Shown here: piece after piece, positions 1-11,423 of the stretch
How the letters are laid out: every line of letters starts with the position of its first letter
Numbering within the stretch: the stretch's first letter is position 1
Assembly: GCF_041956535.1 (NCBI RefSeq)
Contig: NW_027192203.1
Span: 310,001-374,000, forward strand
Source: Calcarisporiella thermophila CBS 279.70
Lineage: Eukaryota; Fungi; Calcarisporiellomycota
Direction of reading: 5' to 3'
Length of the DNA: 64,000 nt
Program-made: the position numbers and the translations under genes
The notes under the pieces: model-generated
What the model was told of the DNA's origin: nothing
Database searches by the model: none
What the model saw: the letters and a program-made list of their open reading frames with translations, nothing else

Positions 1-1307
1 ACGCCACAGCCTCCGCACTCATATTTGACATATTTGAGCTGCGGAAAAACTACCGTTCTTCGTGTCACGACACCAGTTACTCGAACTAGACAATTGAGCT
101 GAGATTGTCTTGAGAATCAATTCAAAATAGATTTATTAGCTTCGGACAGCAAATCTTGACATAATAAACAAGTCATACCTGAGATCTCTGAGCGAACATA
201 CGGCTGGAAGATCAGTAATTCGAACATGAATCTCTGGATGAATTCGCTGATAAGCAGGATACTGAATTAAGGTAGTCTCCATTGCAACTTGATCAAATAT
301 TTTGAGCATCTCCGTCGGTGAGTTTGCGAGAAAGTATGATAGAAGTGGTTTGCGATTTGCAAGGTGTAGGTAACACACTTCAAGACTTTCGGAATTAGCT
401 ATTATAAATGAATAGTTGAATATGAATACCAAGCTTAAATGTTGAATAAATTAATATATTACTCTCTCCCAATGTTCGAATTCTTTCACCATACACCGAC
501 GAACCCTTTTCATCGACATAGCTAAGAAGAAAATCTTTAAACTCTCTCCGTATGGTTCTACGTTGAGCGTCAAGTGAAATCCATTGGGAGATAGTGCTCG
601 TCTTAACGTTTGAGAGCTCTTCTAAAGTCATTTCCGCCTAATATGGTAAAGCATACAATGGTGAAAATAAAGTGGAATTTTTCACCAAAAGTTAGATATG
701 GTACTTCTTCAATATTATCCATCAGTATATCTTCAGATTCATGAAATATACGACGTCGATGTCGAATTTTTAATGGCTCTTCCGGTTCATCATCAAGATC
801 CTCTAGAAAAGCGGCGGGAACTCTGCCCTCTCGTCTTAATCTCTCGTTGTCACGTCTATTTAAAATAGCATCAACTGCTTTGCGTTGTGATATGTCCATA
901 GTGTCATATTCGTTTTCATCGAGTTCATCAAAATCGTAATTATCAAGTCTGACATCCTGTTTGTAATCACTGTAAAAATCTGTTAATATGAGATTATTTT
1001 GAATTTCATTTCAGAGCTGTAACACTTGCGTTTCCATCCCAGGCCCAAACAAATCTTCTCCTTCGTCCTCTTCCTCTTCTGGTTGTAACTCTTCAAGTTC
1101 GTCAATTGGATCATCGAATTCGCGGTATGCCTCCCCAAATGGTTGAGGTGAAGAGGGCGGGAGTGATGCCGCCGCGGGAGAAGAAATATCATGTGCAGAT
1201 ACAAGTGACCTCCTTCTTTTCCTACCGTCAGATGACTACAGGAGAATTAGCTAATGAAATCTAATATATAGCACTCTGTATGAATGCTTTGTAGACTCAA
1301 TTACCAT
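1..1307 (-). CDS. MCM2: DNA replication licensing factor MCM2, 5' portion (continues beyond the left edge); multi-exon
   Basis: Spliced exons give M|[24 protein letters not shown]..|..[47 protein letters not shown]|[30 protein letters not shown]|..[14 protein letters not shown]. The first exon is just the ATG (1305-1307), followed by a GTAAT donor. Confidence 0.95.
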
Positions 1308-1368
1308 AGTTACGTATTGAATATAGAATCAAGAAATTTCAAAAAAATTTTAACAAAAAAAAAATCTA

Positions 1369-1403
1369 ACGCGTTCGTGACGCGAAAAAAAATAATGACG
1401 TAA
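1369..1403. promoter_or_regulatory. MCB (ACGCGT), SCB-like (ACGCGAAA) and CRE-like (TGACGTAA) elements in the 164-bp MCM2/SRP14 divergent promoter
   Basis: ACGCGT at 1369-1374, ACGCGAAA at 1380-1387 and TGACGTAA at 1396-1403, in an otherwise very AT-rich spacer upstream of a replication gene. Confidence 0.65.
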
Positions 1404-1471
1404 ACAAAATTTTAAAAAGGTCAATTTCAAAAGGTAGGAATAGATTTTAGACCGAACATATAAACTACAAG

Positions 1472-2033
1472 ATGAAGTTGCTTAATAATGATGAGGTGAA
1501 GAGACATAAAATATATAAATTTTGAACCAAATTACTTATTAAAATATTTGTTTTGTTATCAGTTTTTAGATCATTTAAACAAAATGTATGAAATTTCAAG
1601 AACAAGTGGTACAGTGTTTGTTACCATGAAACGATGTAAGTTTAATATTCCTTTCATCGATGATCTATTTCAAACTTTACATTTTATAATGATTATTAAT
1701 CACCTCTATTAGTACTTCCAAAACAGTCATCGGCCACCTCAGATGTCAACATGACAAGTAATCTGGAAGAAGATAATGAATATCAGTGTCTGGTGCGAGC
1801 TGTATTAAAAAAACATAAAATTAGCACATTAGTGAGCGTCAATATGTTTATATTCATAACTTGTTTATGTAGCTATATTTGTTTAATATTTTTAGGTACA
1901 ATCCTCGGATAGCGTGAGATTTCAAGGAGCTTATATGAACGTTTTAAGGACCAACTTGACAGCCCTTAAGAAAAAGGATAGAACAAAAGATAAAGAGCGA
2001 AAGAAAATGAAAAAAACAAAACCTACTGCTTAA
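1472..2033 (+). CDS. SRP14: Signal recognition particle 14 kDa subunit (4 exons; missing from the ORF track)
   Basis: MKLLNNDE|FLDHLNKMYEISRTSGTVFVTMKR|..EYQCLVRAVLKKHKISTL|VQSSDSVRFQGAYMNVLRTNLTALKKKDRTK; GT-AG introns; TAA at 2031-2033. Confidence 0.9.
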
Positions 2034-2653
2034 TGTGATTTATTTTCGTACGGGACACATATTTCATGGAAACAAAGCTGAATAATACTACCCAACCTTG
2101 TAATCTGGATGATTCGTTTAGAACGATGGCTGGTGGTTGTATTCGCACAATAAAATATCAATGAATGAAACTTGTAGTTGCTAACACTACTTTACAGTGG
2201 AAAGAAGTATAAATAAATGGACTCAAATTTTAAAATCTATCATTCAAAGGGGTGCTCAGGGGAGGATATTTAAAAATTGAACGAACATATCAAATATTGA
2301 AATTAAATTAAACCAATAAAAATTTAAAAAATATAACATTTACAAATATTTATAAAATTTTTGATTTTATAAAAATTATTTTTTTTTTAGTAAATTTTTG
2401 ATATTTTATTTTCTAAACCTTAATACTTTTCTTAATAGCAGATATTTTCGAAGCGATTAAATTTAAAAATAGTTGATTATTACAAAGTTCACGCAGAATG
2501 CAAAAAATTTCAAAAAGTTAGACCCCCATTGATACAAAAGAAATATATATAATGAGAAAGTTATCTCATATTTGATATGTATAAAAAAAATATATAAATT
2601 AACATAGGAGGTGAATGAGAATTACTCGCATATCGCATCAATACGCCATTATA

Positions 2654-3781
2654 TCATCCAAGGTATACTCTACCCTTTTCCAAAAACCTAGAATGATTAT
2701 CACTTCCGAAAAAAGGCGGAAATATACAGTAAACAACGATTCCGGTTTGCTTTCTTGAATTTGAATCTAGTTCCATCGTCTCTGGATCATATATCTGTTT
2801 ACCCTCCGAAATGACCATAGGCTGAATCTCAATATCCTGGCTACGAATTGCTATACTAAGCTGGCGAGCTGTGTTCACAATATCAGCAAGTTTGTTATTA
2901 GGATCAATCCAAGATGGGTATACGTGTTTGAACACAGCTGATAGATGGTCAGTCGCTCGTTTAGCCGCATCGAAAAGATGTTGCTGACTTTCCGGATCAC
3001 GTACCGCTGTTACAGTCATTTGTTGACGCAGGCGAGTGGCCCAGTGTGGCTTACGTTCTTTAAGCCAACTGAATAATTCATTATAGGAGGTGCCAATTGA
3101 TAGACCAGCAAGTAAGGGATTTGAAAGGAACTCACGAATGATATATTCAACAATATATTTTTCCATTAGCAAAGCGATTGTTGAACCGTCGATTGAATTA
3201 CCACTAGAGCTAAATATTTTCATGTCTTTGAATTTAGTAGAGAGGAAGCCGTATGCAGCCTGGCGATTGCACTTGGGGGTAGCCGAGAGTAATAACTGAG
3301 ATATGCCGTATTTAAGCCTCCGGAATTGATCATGTAAGGATGCAAAATCATCTTCGGTAGCCTGAAGAGCCTTCTTATCCTCAAGGTAATTTGATTCCAT
3401 TTTGATATAATCTTGTTCACGCCGGGCTAATTTTTGTTCCGCTGCCTTGATCTTTTCAGTAAGATTGGTATATTCGCGTTTGAAAGTCTCCTCGACCTTT
3501 TTTTTTGTTTCGATATGGTACTGTAGTCGCCATTCGGATTCACGTGTAGCCTCATTGCGTGCCTCATCACGTCCAAGCATGCCCTCCTTCATTCCAGATT
3601 CATATGCTTGCTTACAACCCTTTTCATAGCCATCTTTATAGCCACTCTGGTATTGAGGATTAAAGTTCTGGTTCTGCGTCGAAGTAGAGGGAGAAGAAGT
3701 GAAGTAAGTGTCTGTGTTCGCATCATCCATAGGAAGGGCAGGATTTAGATGGGGCGGTGGTTGTGGCTGCTTTTTGTTCAT
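2654..3781 (-). CDS. Intronless 375-aa hypothetical coiled-coil protein with a GrpE/MIEAP/GIL1-like C-terminal beta domain
   Basis: Long uninterrupted ORF with GYxxGYxxG repeats near the N-terminus, a heptad coiled coil in the middle, and C-terminal YDPETME..GIVVYCIFPPF..FLEKGRVYL. Confidence 0.75.
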   Translation of the reverse strand: MNKKQPQPPPHLNPALPMDDANTDTYFTSSPSTSTQNQNFNPQYQSGYKDGYEKGCKQAYESGMKEGMLGRDEARNEATRESEWRLQYHIETKKKVEETFKREYTNLTEKIKAAEQKLARREQDYIKMESNYLEDKKALQATEDDFASLHDQFRRLKYGISQLLLSATPKCNRQAAYGFLSTKFKDMKIFSSSGNSIDGSTIALLMEKYIVEYIIREFLSNPLLAGLSIGTSYNELFSWLKERKPHWATRLRQQMTVTAVRDPESQQHLFDAAKRATDHLSAVFKHVYPSWIDPNNKLADIVNTARQLSIAIRSQDIEIQPMVISEGKQIYDPETMELDSNSRKQTGIVVYCIFPPFFGSDNHSRFLEKGRVYLG

Positions 3782-3974
3782 TTTTTTAATGTCGCTCTTA
3801 AATAATTCTCAAGAGTAAAGGATTGAAAGAATGAAGCCTCAATCCATTTTCGATTATCAGCCACAATATCTCTAACGCTTGAGCTCCAATTTTTTATTAA
3901 TCTTCTCTCCGCCCACTTTAAATAAAAAAGCTGGCCACTCCATTTATTTAGACACGCGCATCTCATTTTCAATA

Positions 3975-5440
3975 ATGTCGTCTACTTATTTTGATGAAAA
4001 CCAGACGCTTAGTAATAGTACTATGGGGCAAGACGAACAAGATGAAACAGGTCGCTGGGAAGATAATTCTTCTGACCATGGATCATCTTTTATGGAAGCG
4101 GTTGAGGAGCATACTTCTGATTTTTTGATCTACCGTGAATATCAGCCAGAATGGGAAACTCTTGTTGATGCATTTGGACGGGAGAAGCAGGGTATATTAA
4201 AAGAATTAAACAAGCCATTTTGCTTTCGATTAATTTATATTATATTAATAGCAATCTTAGCAGAAATCCAGCAAGGAACAGATAAACTGAAGGCACTCGA
4301 GGAGAGATTTGAGACTGCGAAAGCTGATTTTTTTCATCGATTAACGCGATCTTACGAAAAGCTATCCGCAGAGCTTGAGGGAAGACAAAACACATTAGAG
4401 ACAGAGCGTCGGAAATTTGAAGGAGAACGTGATCGCATGAAAGGTAAATTATTTGTTAAATAGAAATAAAACGCATGTAACCTAACTTCTTATTGTATAA
4501 GATGTCACTAAATTCCAAAGCGAAAAGGTATTATCGAAATACATATTTTGTTTTGTATTAACAACTTAACCTAATTACTATTTACAGATAAAACTGAACG
4601 TTGGTGGATTGCGATTTGAAACTTCATTAACTACACTTAGAAGGGATCCTAATAGCATGCTGGCGGCTATGTTTAGCGGTCGACATGGATTAGTATCTGA
4701 CGCAGATGGTAATATTTCTTTAGAATGTGTTACCTATTACCTATATATATATGTTACATATTTTGCAATTAAAATTTTATAATTTTAGGGAGCTATTTTA
4801 TTGATCGTGATGGCACTCACTGTAAGTATACTAATCATGTGTGTTTGCTCTTGCAAGTACAGCTTTGGTCTTCATTTATTTATTTCTTTTATTGTAGTCC
4901 GTTTGATATTGAACTTTCTCCGTGATTTAAGGCATCCACCTCAGCTGGATGAGGTTACAATCGATGAATTAGTGCGCGAGGCTGCGTTCTACCAAATTAA
5001 TGGTTTACTTCGATTAAAGTGGGCAAATCTGAGAAGAATTACTCAGGAAGAGCTTTCTGCAACATATCCCAAACACACGCATAACAATTCAACCGTTTTC
5101 AAACTTGAGAAGCTCGACTGCTCATTTTTGGATTTTAGCGGATATCGAATATCGCCGAATTCGACGTTTGCTGGGAGCAATCTCGAGGGAGCAAATTTTT
5201 CTTCGGCGACATTTCTTATTGATTTGGTGACTTCCACTATAGATTTTTCAAATACCAACTTAATGAATGCTAAATTTCCCGTACACGGCAGTCCAAATCG
5301 ACCGGTTGGTGTTCAGTTTCGCACTGGTGGGTTTACAAGAATTTATTCATAAACTATCATCTCTTTTTTTTTTAAGTTTGGACACTATTTTATATATAGA
5401 CGGAGCAATGACTACTGATGCAGAAAATCTAAAGAGTTAA
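3975..5440 (+). CDS. Coiled-coil + BTB/POZ (KCTD/T1-type) + pentapeptide-repeat protein, KCTD9-like
   Basis: Spliced IKLNVGGLRFETSLTTLRRDPNSMLAAMFSGRH..|SYFIDRDGTH|FRLILNFLRD..LVREAAFYQINGL, then pentapeptide-like FAGSNLEGANFSSATF..DFSNTNLMNAKF; the last exon ends ENLKS-TAA at 5440. Confidence 0.85.
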
Positions 5441-6023
5441 GTGAACGTCAGATCAAATAAATACCCAGTGGTATACTACGAATTTCTACAATACTATGTA
5501 TTTCAACTTCTGTTTATATCTTGCGGCGAACATTAACTATCTTTATTGAATTTATTCAACATTTTCTTTTAAATTATAATTAATTATTATCCAAATAAAT
5601 GTATCATCTCCCACATATATCGTATTACGTATTCTATTCAAATGTATTAGCACTGTGTTGCTTTAAAATCACAATATTGGAGCCATTTGTCATTTTTCCA
5701 GATAGCACAGCATATCATTCATTTTTAGAGTGGTTCGTATAACTCTCATAATATTTTACCTATATTGTTTATATTTTATCATTAAATATTCAAATAATCT
5801 GAAGATTTAGCAAAATGCCTATTAAAAATATATATTGCAATCGAATGTGCTGCTATAATTTACATTGCTACCAAGTGAAACTATACTAAAGTTTGTTTTT
5901 CAGTTAATTTCAATTTTACCAGTTAATGCAATACTCGGAAATTGTATAATCAGTCACAAATTTGTTTACCATTTATTTGGCACAACTTCGCCTTGTAATC
6001 GCTGAATTTATACTTATTCCAAG

Positions 6024-6371
6024 ATGCGACAAAATTTTGTCGGCATGGTAGTGAGCACTGCCATGCAAAAAACAGTCAAAGTAAGAGTGACACGACAGAA
6101 GATGCATCCTATTGTACAGAAGGTAGCATTATTTGACTCTTTGATTTCTACTAAATGCAATGTTCTAATTTAAATTATGATTAATTTAAAGATGGTAAAA
6201 TACCATCGTAACTTCTTAGCACATGACGGCGAAGAGAAATGCTCTTTGGGAGATGTTGTCCGCATTGAAGCATGCAGACCTCTTAGTAAGCTCAAAAAAT
6301 TTACAGTTACTGATGTCCTACGACCAGCAAAAACTTACACAGATCCAGAGACCGGTCAGGTTTTGAGGTGA
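6024..6371 (+). CDS. MRPS17: Mitochondrial ribosomal protein uS17m
   Basis: MRQNFVGMVVSTAMQKTVKVRVTRQKMHPIVQK|MVKYHRNFLAHDGEEKCSLGDVVRIEACRPLSKLKKF; one intron. Confidence 0.92.
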
Positions 6372-6535
6372 TTTCCACCTGTCATACTGTCACATATTGA
6401 AATGTTTTCATAATGTATATCCATTTTAATAAAATTATTTTCGAAATTCTCATGTTTTTCTCATATAAATCAATTCACAAAGGAATAATTTAGAAGCATA
6501 ACAATGGTTTTTATTTTTGAGAAATCGTTGATGAA

Positions 6536-7278
6536 TTAGATGAATCCAATCTAAATAGTTATAAAAATACAGAATATGAGCATAAGTAATTGATATTAAT
6601 GATAATATTAAGATTATATATACCTTATTAGCAACATCAAGGGCATCGACATCAGCAGTCAAACGAACAAATGCCTTCTTAGTGCCATCAGGACTATAAA
6701 CGAAAAATAATCAGATGTGATATAATTGAAAATTGCATATTCAGTCTCACCGGATAAGAGTATTGATCTTCAGAGCTTCTACATCGTATAATTTTTTCAC
6801 TGCATCCTTGATCTGTCGCTTATTAGCGCGCACATCTACAATGAATACGAGCGTATTATGCTCTTCGATTTTCTTCATCGCTGTCTCAGTGTTAAGAGGA
6901 AAGCGCACGATCTTATATTGATCAAGACGTGGAGCATGCGGGAAAGACTTTCGCGGGTATTTAGGTGCGCGAGTGAGACGGAGAGTCTTGGGGCGATGGA
7001 AAGTCGTACTAGTACGGATCTTTCGTACGGCGTTGCCTTGTGTGCCCCGAAGAGCAGCCTTTTTAGCGGCCTGAGCCTTGGCTTTCTCGTTCGATGCGGC
7101 CGATTTGCCTATAGAAGACATGAGCCAAGTTCAATTTATTGGTTCCATGGTATAATAGAGTGGTCTCTTCTCATCGGCTGTACTGGTAAAAACCAATATA
7201 TCCATCCATCCAGATTATAATGCATCTGCATCCATCAATCCATTTACCTTGCTGCTTCTTGCCCTTAATCGCGGACAT
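6536..7278 (-). CDS. RPL25: 60S ribosomal protein uL23 (L25/L23a)
   Basis: [10 protein letters not shown]|..[63 protein letters not shown]|[23 protein letters not shown]|IGFI*; 3 introns. Confidence 0.97.
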
Positions 7279-7785
7279 AGCTTGCTTCAATGCAGATGAA
7301 ATGGGGAAAAAGAAGGATCTTTTCTTTTGTTCAAACTCTAGTAACAAGTCCCTTCGCAAATTTGGGTATTTCCATATTGGTCTAAATCGAATCACTCATC
7401 TCCTATGATTTAATTGGATACGCTTAGACTAGAGTTTAAATATATAAAGTAAACGTAGCTGTCCAGTTTGCAAATAGAATATTGGAAACTGACTATAGCG
7501 GATGAATTAATTACGTCGTCCTTGAGGAGTCTCTGTATGTTTTCTTATTATCATATGGTTATAAATTGGTAAGCATTTGTAATGGGTTATATATTACTTT
7601 TATATTATGATTTTGAATCACAATAAGGGTAACTAAACCTAGCTATTTACAGCATGAATGGCTCATTTATTTATTTTACAGCTATTAGTGTAATTTGCAT
7701 ATCAGAGATAATATCTATGGTAACATAAAACACTTTGAATTAGAAAGCAGAGCCAACTAAGAAAAAATACTATTAAATTTGATTT

Positions 7786-9080
7786 TCATTCGGCTTCCTG
7801 CTCAAAAAGTGTATACGTTGGGAAAATAGCCACATTCTCCGCACACCATATCATTGTCGACTTTAATCGATAAAAATTGCCTTCTAATATAAATCCAGGG
7901 CGAAGCATTTCAGCGATATTCGATTCCAATAATATCATAATCGGCCTTGACATAAGTTGATCGTCTACGGAGTTTAGTGTGATTGTCCACAAATCATGCT
8001 CAATATATCGGCTCTCCGAGGATATTATATCTGCCACTCTTGCCAATCCTCCTTCCCAGTGTTCTTCCAAGCATATATTTTCTACCTTATTGTCGGAAAC
8101 TTTTCCCACCAACTGCTGGGCTTCCTCTATATTCATCCCAGTTAAGTCCTTGAAGATAGCGCATTCTTCTGGAGTACACCATGCATTATTATTTATATCA
8201 TCAGGATGTAGGAGTGCCATACAAACGCTATTGAACGCACCAGGAAGCTTAATCATCGCAGCCTTACAGAGTGGCAATTCACTACAAGCGAGTTTTGCAA
8301 TGCTAGATGCTTTTTGTACATCTTCTAAATATTCAGGGCATACATTGTGCGTCATAAGATATTGGAGAAAATCATAAATAACGGCAGGCGCTTCAACAAA
8401 ATAATGAGAAGAGATAAAGCCGGATCGCAATAAATATTCAGATAGAAATATCTGCACGCTTTCCTCAAATTGTGTTGCATCAATATCTCGGGCACTGTCA
8501 ATAGGAGATTCTACAGTGTCAACTTGGTTACGTTGAAGAGTGTTTTGACCAGCTGCAAAACCGATATACGCGAGAAAGCGATCGAACATTGATTTTTGGA
8601 TATCATTCAGTTTGCGATTACGCTTAAATAAAAGAACCGCCTGCTCCACTCGCTCGCGATATGTCTTGGTCCTATTAAATTTAAATGATAAGTATATCAT
8701 TTTATAATAGTAGGGTCTTTTTAATAATTCTCTGTACTTACTGATCGAAGGGAGGAACTTCCTCGCTACTTACTTCATCCCCTCCTAAGTCCGTGTTCGG
8801 CTGTGCTGCGCTTTTCTGCTTCTTCTTTTTATTGCGCTTTTTCTTTGTCTCTGAAACACATACTAGAGAATTTTCGCGGGAAGAATTATCATGACTATTT
8901 ACATGTTGGAGATTTTCTAAGTTAGCATCACAAACAATATTGGACTCCTCCAAAATGCCAACTTGATCTTTGCTACTGTGACAATTAATATAATAACGAT
9001 GCGTGAATTTTCCTCCTTATACGTATAATAAGGGAAGTCGATGAAATTAGATTATAGATAACTTACACGACTTCAGTCAT
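7786..9080 (-). CDS. ARB1: Argonaute siRNA chaperone (ARC) complex subunit Arb1-like protein
   Basis: PPFDQ|TKTYRERVEQAVLLFKRNRKL..FDRFLAYIGF and APAVIYDFLQYLMTHNVCPEYLEDVQKASSIAKLACSELP match Arb1-family motifs as recalled; Lys-rich KKKRNKKKKQK near the N-terminus; ATG at 9078-9080, 2 introns. Confidence 0.75.
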
Positions 9081-9314
9081 GTTAGATCCACGCTAATTCA
9101 AAATTAAAAATGTCAAAATTCAATCGCGAAAATTTTTAATATTTGTCTTGTTCGAAGTTTAAGGATATTCTGAAATCTTTTAATATTGTGATTAAAATGA
9201 ATAATTTATATGCAATATGAACGTGAAAAAAGAATCCAGTAATTCATAAAAAATTATTCTCGCCCAGAATTTTTGGACGCGCACACTAATAAATAGAATG
9301 AAAAATATTTGAAT

Positions 9315-9915
9315 ATGAGTTCTAAAGGACAAACTGAACTTACTGCACTTGCTAAAAGGGTTTTTAACTCCCTTTACTCTCTGGATCGTGACATGCACAA
9401 CGAGGTGCTTAAGTCTTGTTATGATACGAAGGCAGGTAATTAAAAAATTAACAAATTTTACACTTTTGCCCCTGCTAAAATTTTGTTGAAGTTTTTGAGA
9501 ATCCATTCGTGTATATTGAAGGTAAACTACTATATTGTTCTAGTAACTTATGTCCTTTGATTATACAACATGGTTCATTTTAGGGATTGAGGATATTCGT
9601 CGCCATTTTGACTCTTTCAACCGCTTTTTCTCTACATTCGAAGCTAGCATCTTAAGTATAAGCGAATCGAAATTGTTCAATAACAGTGTTGTATTGGTTG
9701 ACCAAGTTATCAAATCACGAGTGTATTTTGTGCCTCTCGAGGTGCGTTGTGTCACCAGACTTGAAGTGAATGAACGCGGCAAAATAGTTAGACATGAAGA
9801 TATATGGAGCTTGAAAGATCTGATGGCAAGCTTCCCCGTTGTGGGTTGGATGTATGGTAACGTAATGAGGCGTGTTTTGAGTGCAATTTCTGTTCGAGTC
9901 TTGGGCTATAAGTGA
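9315..9915 (+). CDS. SnoaL/NTF2-like fold protein
   Basis: MSSKGQ..LKSCYDTKA|VFENPFVYIE|GIEDIRRHF..TRLEVNERGKIVRHEDIWSL, typical SnoaL-like motifs (A.F.DP, G.I..HED.W); 2 introns. Confidence 0.8.
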
Positions 9916-10016
9916 CCATTCCACTTGGTTAGGAATATTTGTCTCTGCGCTTTTAATGTATATTTTATAACTTATTCATATAAGAATATTATTATTAAAA
10001 AAAATTTACAGAAAGT

Positions 10017-11131
10017 TCATTGCGACATTTTCTTCAATAATTGACGCGTATTTGCCCTTGCGATATCGTCTATGGTAGAGTGGATTTGCTGACAGCCCTC
10101 GATAGCTAAATTCATTACACTTTCAAAACTCTCCATATGTAGGCGAGATTCCATCTATATTAAGGGAAAAGGTTATAATTCATGCTACTTTCGAGATAAT
10201 TTTAATATTCACCTGAACTAGCGTAACTTTCCCACTTCTTGGTAACACTCCAATAGTCAGCTCGGGACTTTCAGAGGATTCTTCGATATGATTTAAGTCT
10301 AATCAAATTTATAAATAGCCAGAATAGATTATCATTATTTGTCAAGAAAAACTATATCAATGTCTATTTACCTAACACAGGTTGTTTTTCTAAGCATCCT
10401 CCCGTACAAGCACAGACATAATCTATCATTGGTATTCCTGCGTCAATAAGTGCCACAGTTGCAGCATTAATACAAGCCTGTAATGTGCCTATAGACTCGA
10501 ATAAATTTCAGCGTGTACAATCAAAAGAGCCAATATTATGAATATACCTCCATCATGTTGCAGTATTTGTAGGTATATGTCAATTTGAGATCTCGGAAAG
10601 AGTGTTGTCATGACTACAGGCTCAAATGTTTGCTTAACAAGCGCGGCAATTTCTAAAGAGCGTCTTAGACGAAAAAAAAATTGGGGGGTTTTAGAGATGA
10701 ATTTGGATCTAGAAAAGAAAATTTGAGAAAGGTACTTGTCGTTTTTTGATCGCTTCTTTCGTTCACTTGTACTAAATGGCGCAATATTAAATTCTACGTT
10801 AAATATAGCGCGATCATGAAGAATCGCTCCTCTATGTCTCGCCTTGAAATATGAAAATGTTAATTTTTTGAATGTCTTGCTATTATTAACGAATAATGCA
10901 GCAAACCTCTCTTGGCCCGTAGATGGCAGCCAAAACCTTGGTATTACCGTGCTCAATATATGCCGAACCGTCCGCTTGACATAACACACCGGGGCGGCAA
11001 GTAATCTTTCGAAGTTCGTTAGCACGTCTGCCGTCGACTCGTAATCCTATACTTAAAGGCTTTAATATTGACTCTATGTTATCAACTTTATATTATATAC
11101 CCTCCGGGTTCAGTAATTCTAATCTTGACAT
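10017..11131 (-). CDS. RRP41: Exosome complex RNase PH-like subunit Rrp41/Ski6 (EXOSC4)
   Basis: [10 protein letters not shown]|[36 protein letters not shown]|..[23 protein letters not shown]|..[17 protein letters not shown]|[35 protein letters not shown]. Confidence 0.95.
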
Positions 11132-11243
11132 TTTTATTAGAATCTGTTAATAATAATGTAGAAAAAAATAAATTTCAAATAAATTGTGACAGGCAATGGG
11201 CTGCGTCACATATTACCTATTTTCGAGTTGTTGCCTAGGCAAA

Positions 11244-11279
11244 TGGTATTCAAATAATTTCAAAATTATTTGAATACCA
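11244..11279. repeat. Perfect 17-bp inverted repeat with a 2-nt spacer
   Basis: TGGTATTCAAATAATTT-CA-AAATTATTTGAATACCA, next to the 12-bp palindrome TTGCCTAGGCAA (11231-11242). Confidence 0.9.
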
Positions 11280-11423
11280 GTTGTACCAAATATTGAGATC
11301 AACTATATTAGAATCGGATACTTGCTTCTGCGCGATTGATCTTTATTATTTTTCTCTGTATATTTTGCTGTAAGGGCGGAAATATGTATTATTTGCAAAA
11401 TTACATAACAAAAGAATATAACA

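Noticed and set aside
9081-9168. Possible U12 AT-AC intron (ATATCCTT...AC) in the Arb1 5' UTR
   Set aside because: No TCCTTRAC branch site near the putative acceptor and no independent evidence of splicing.
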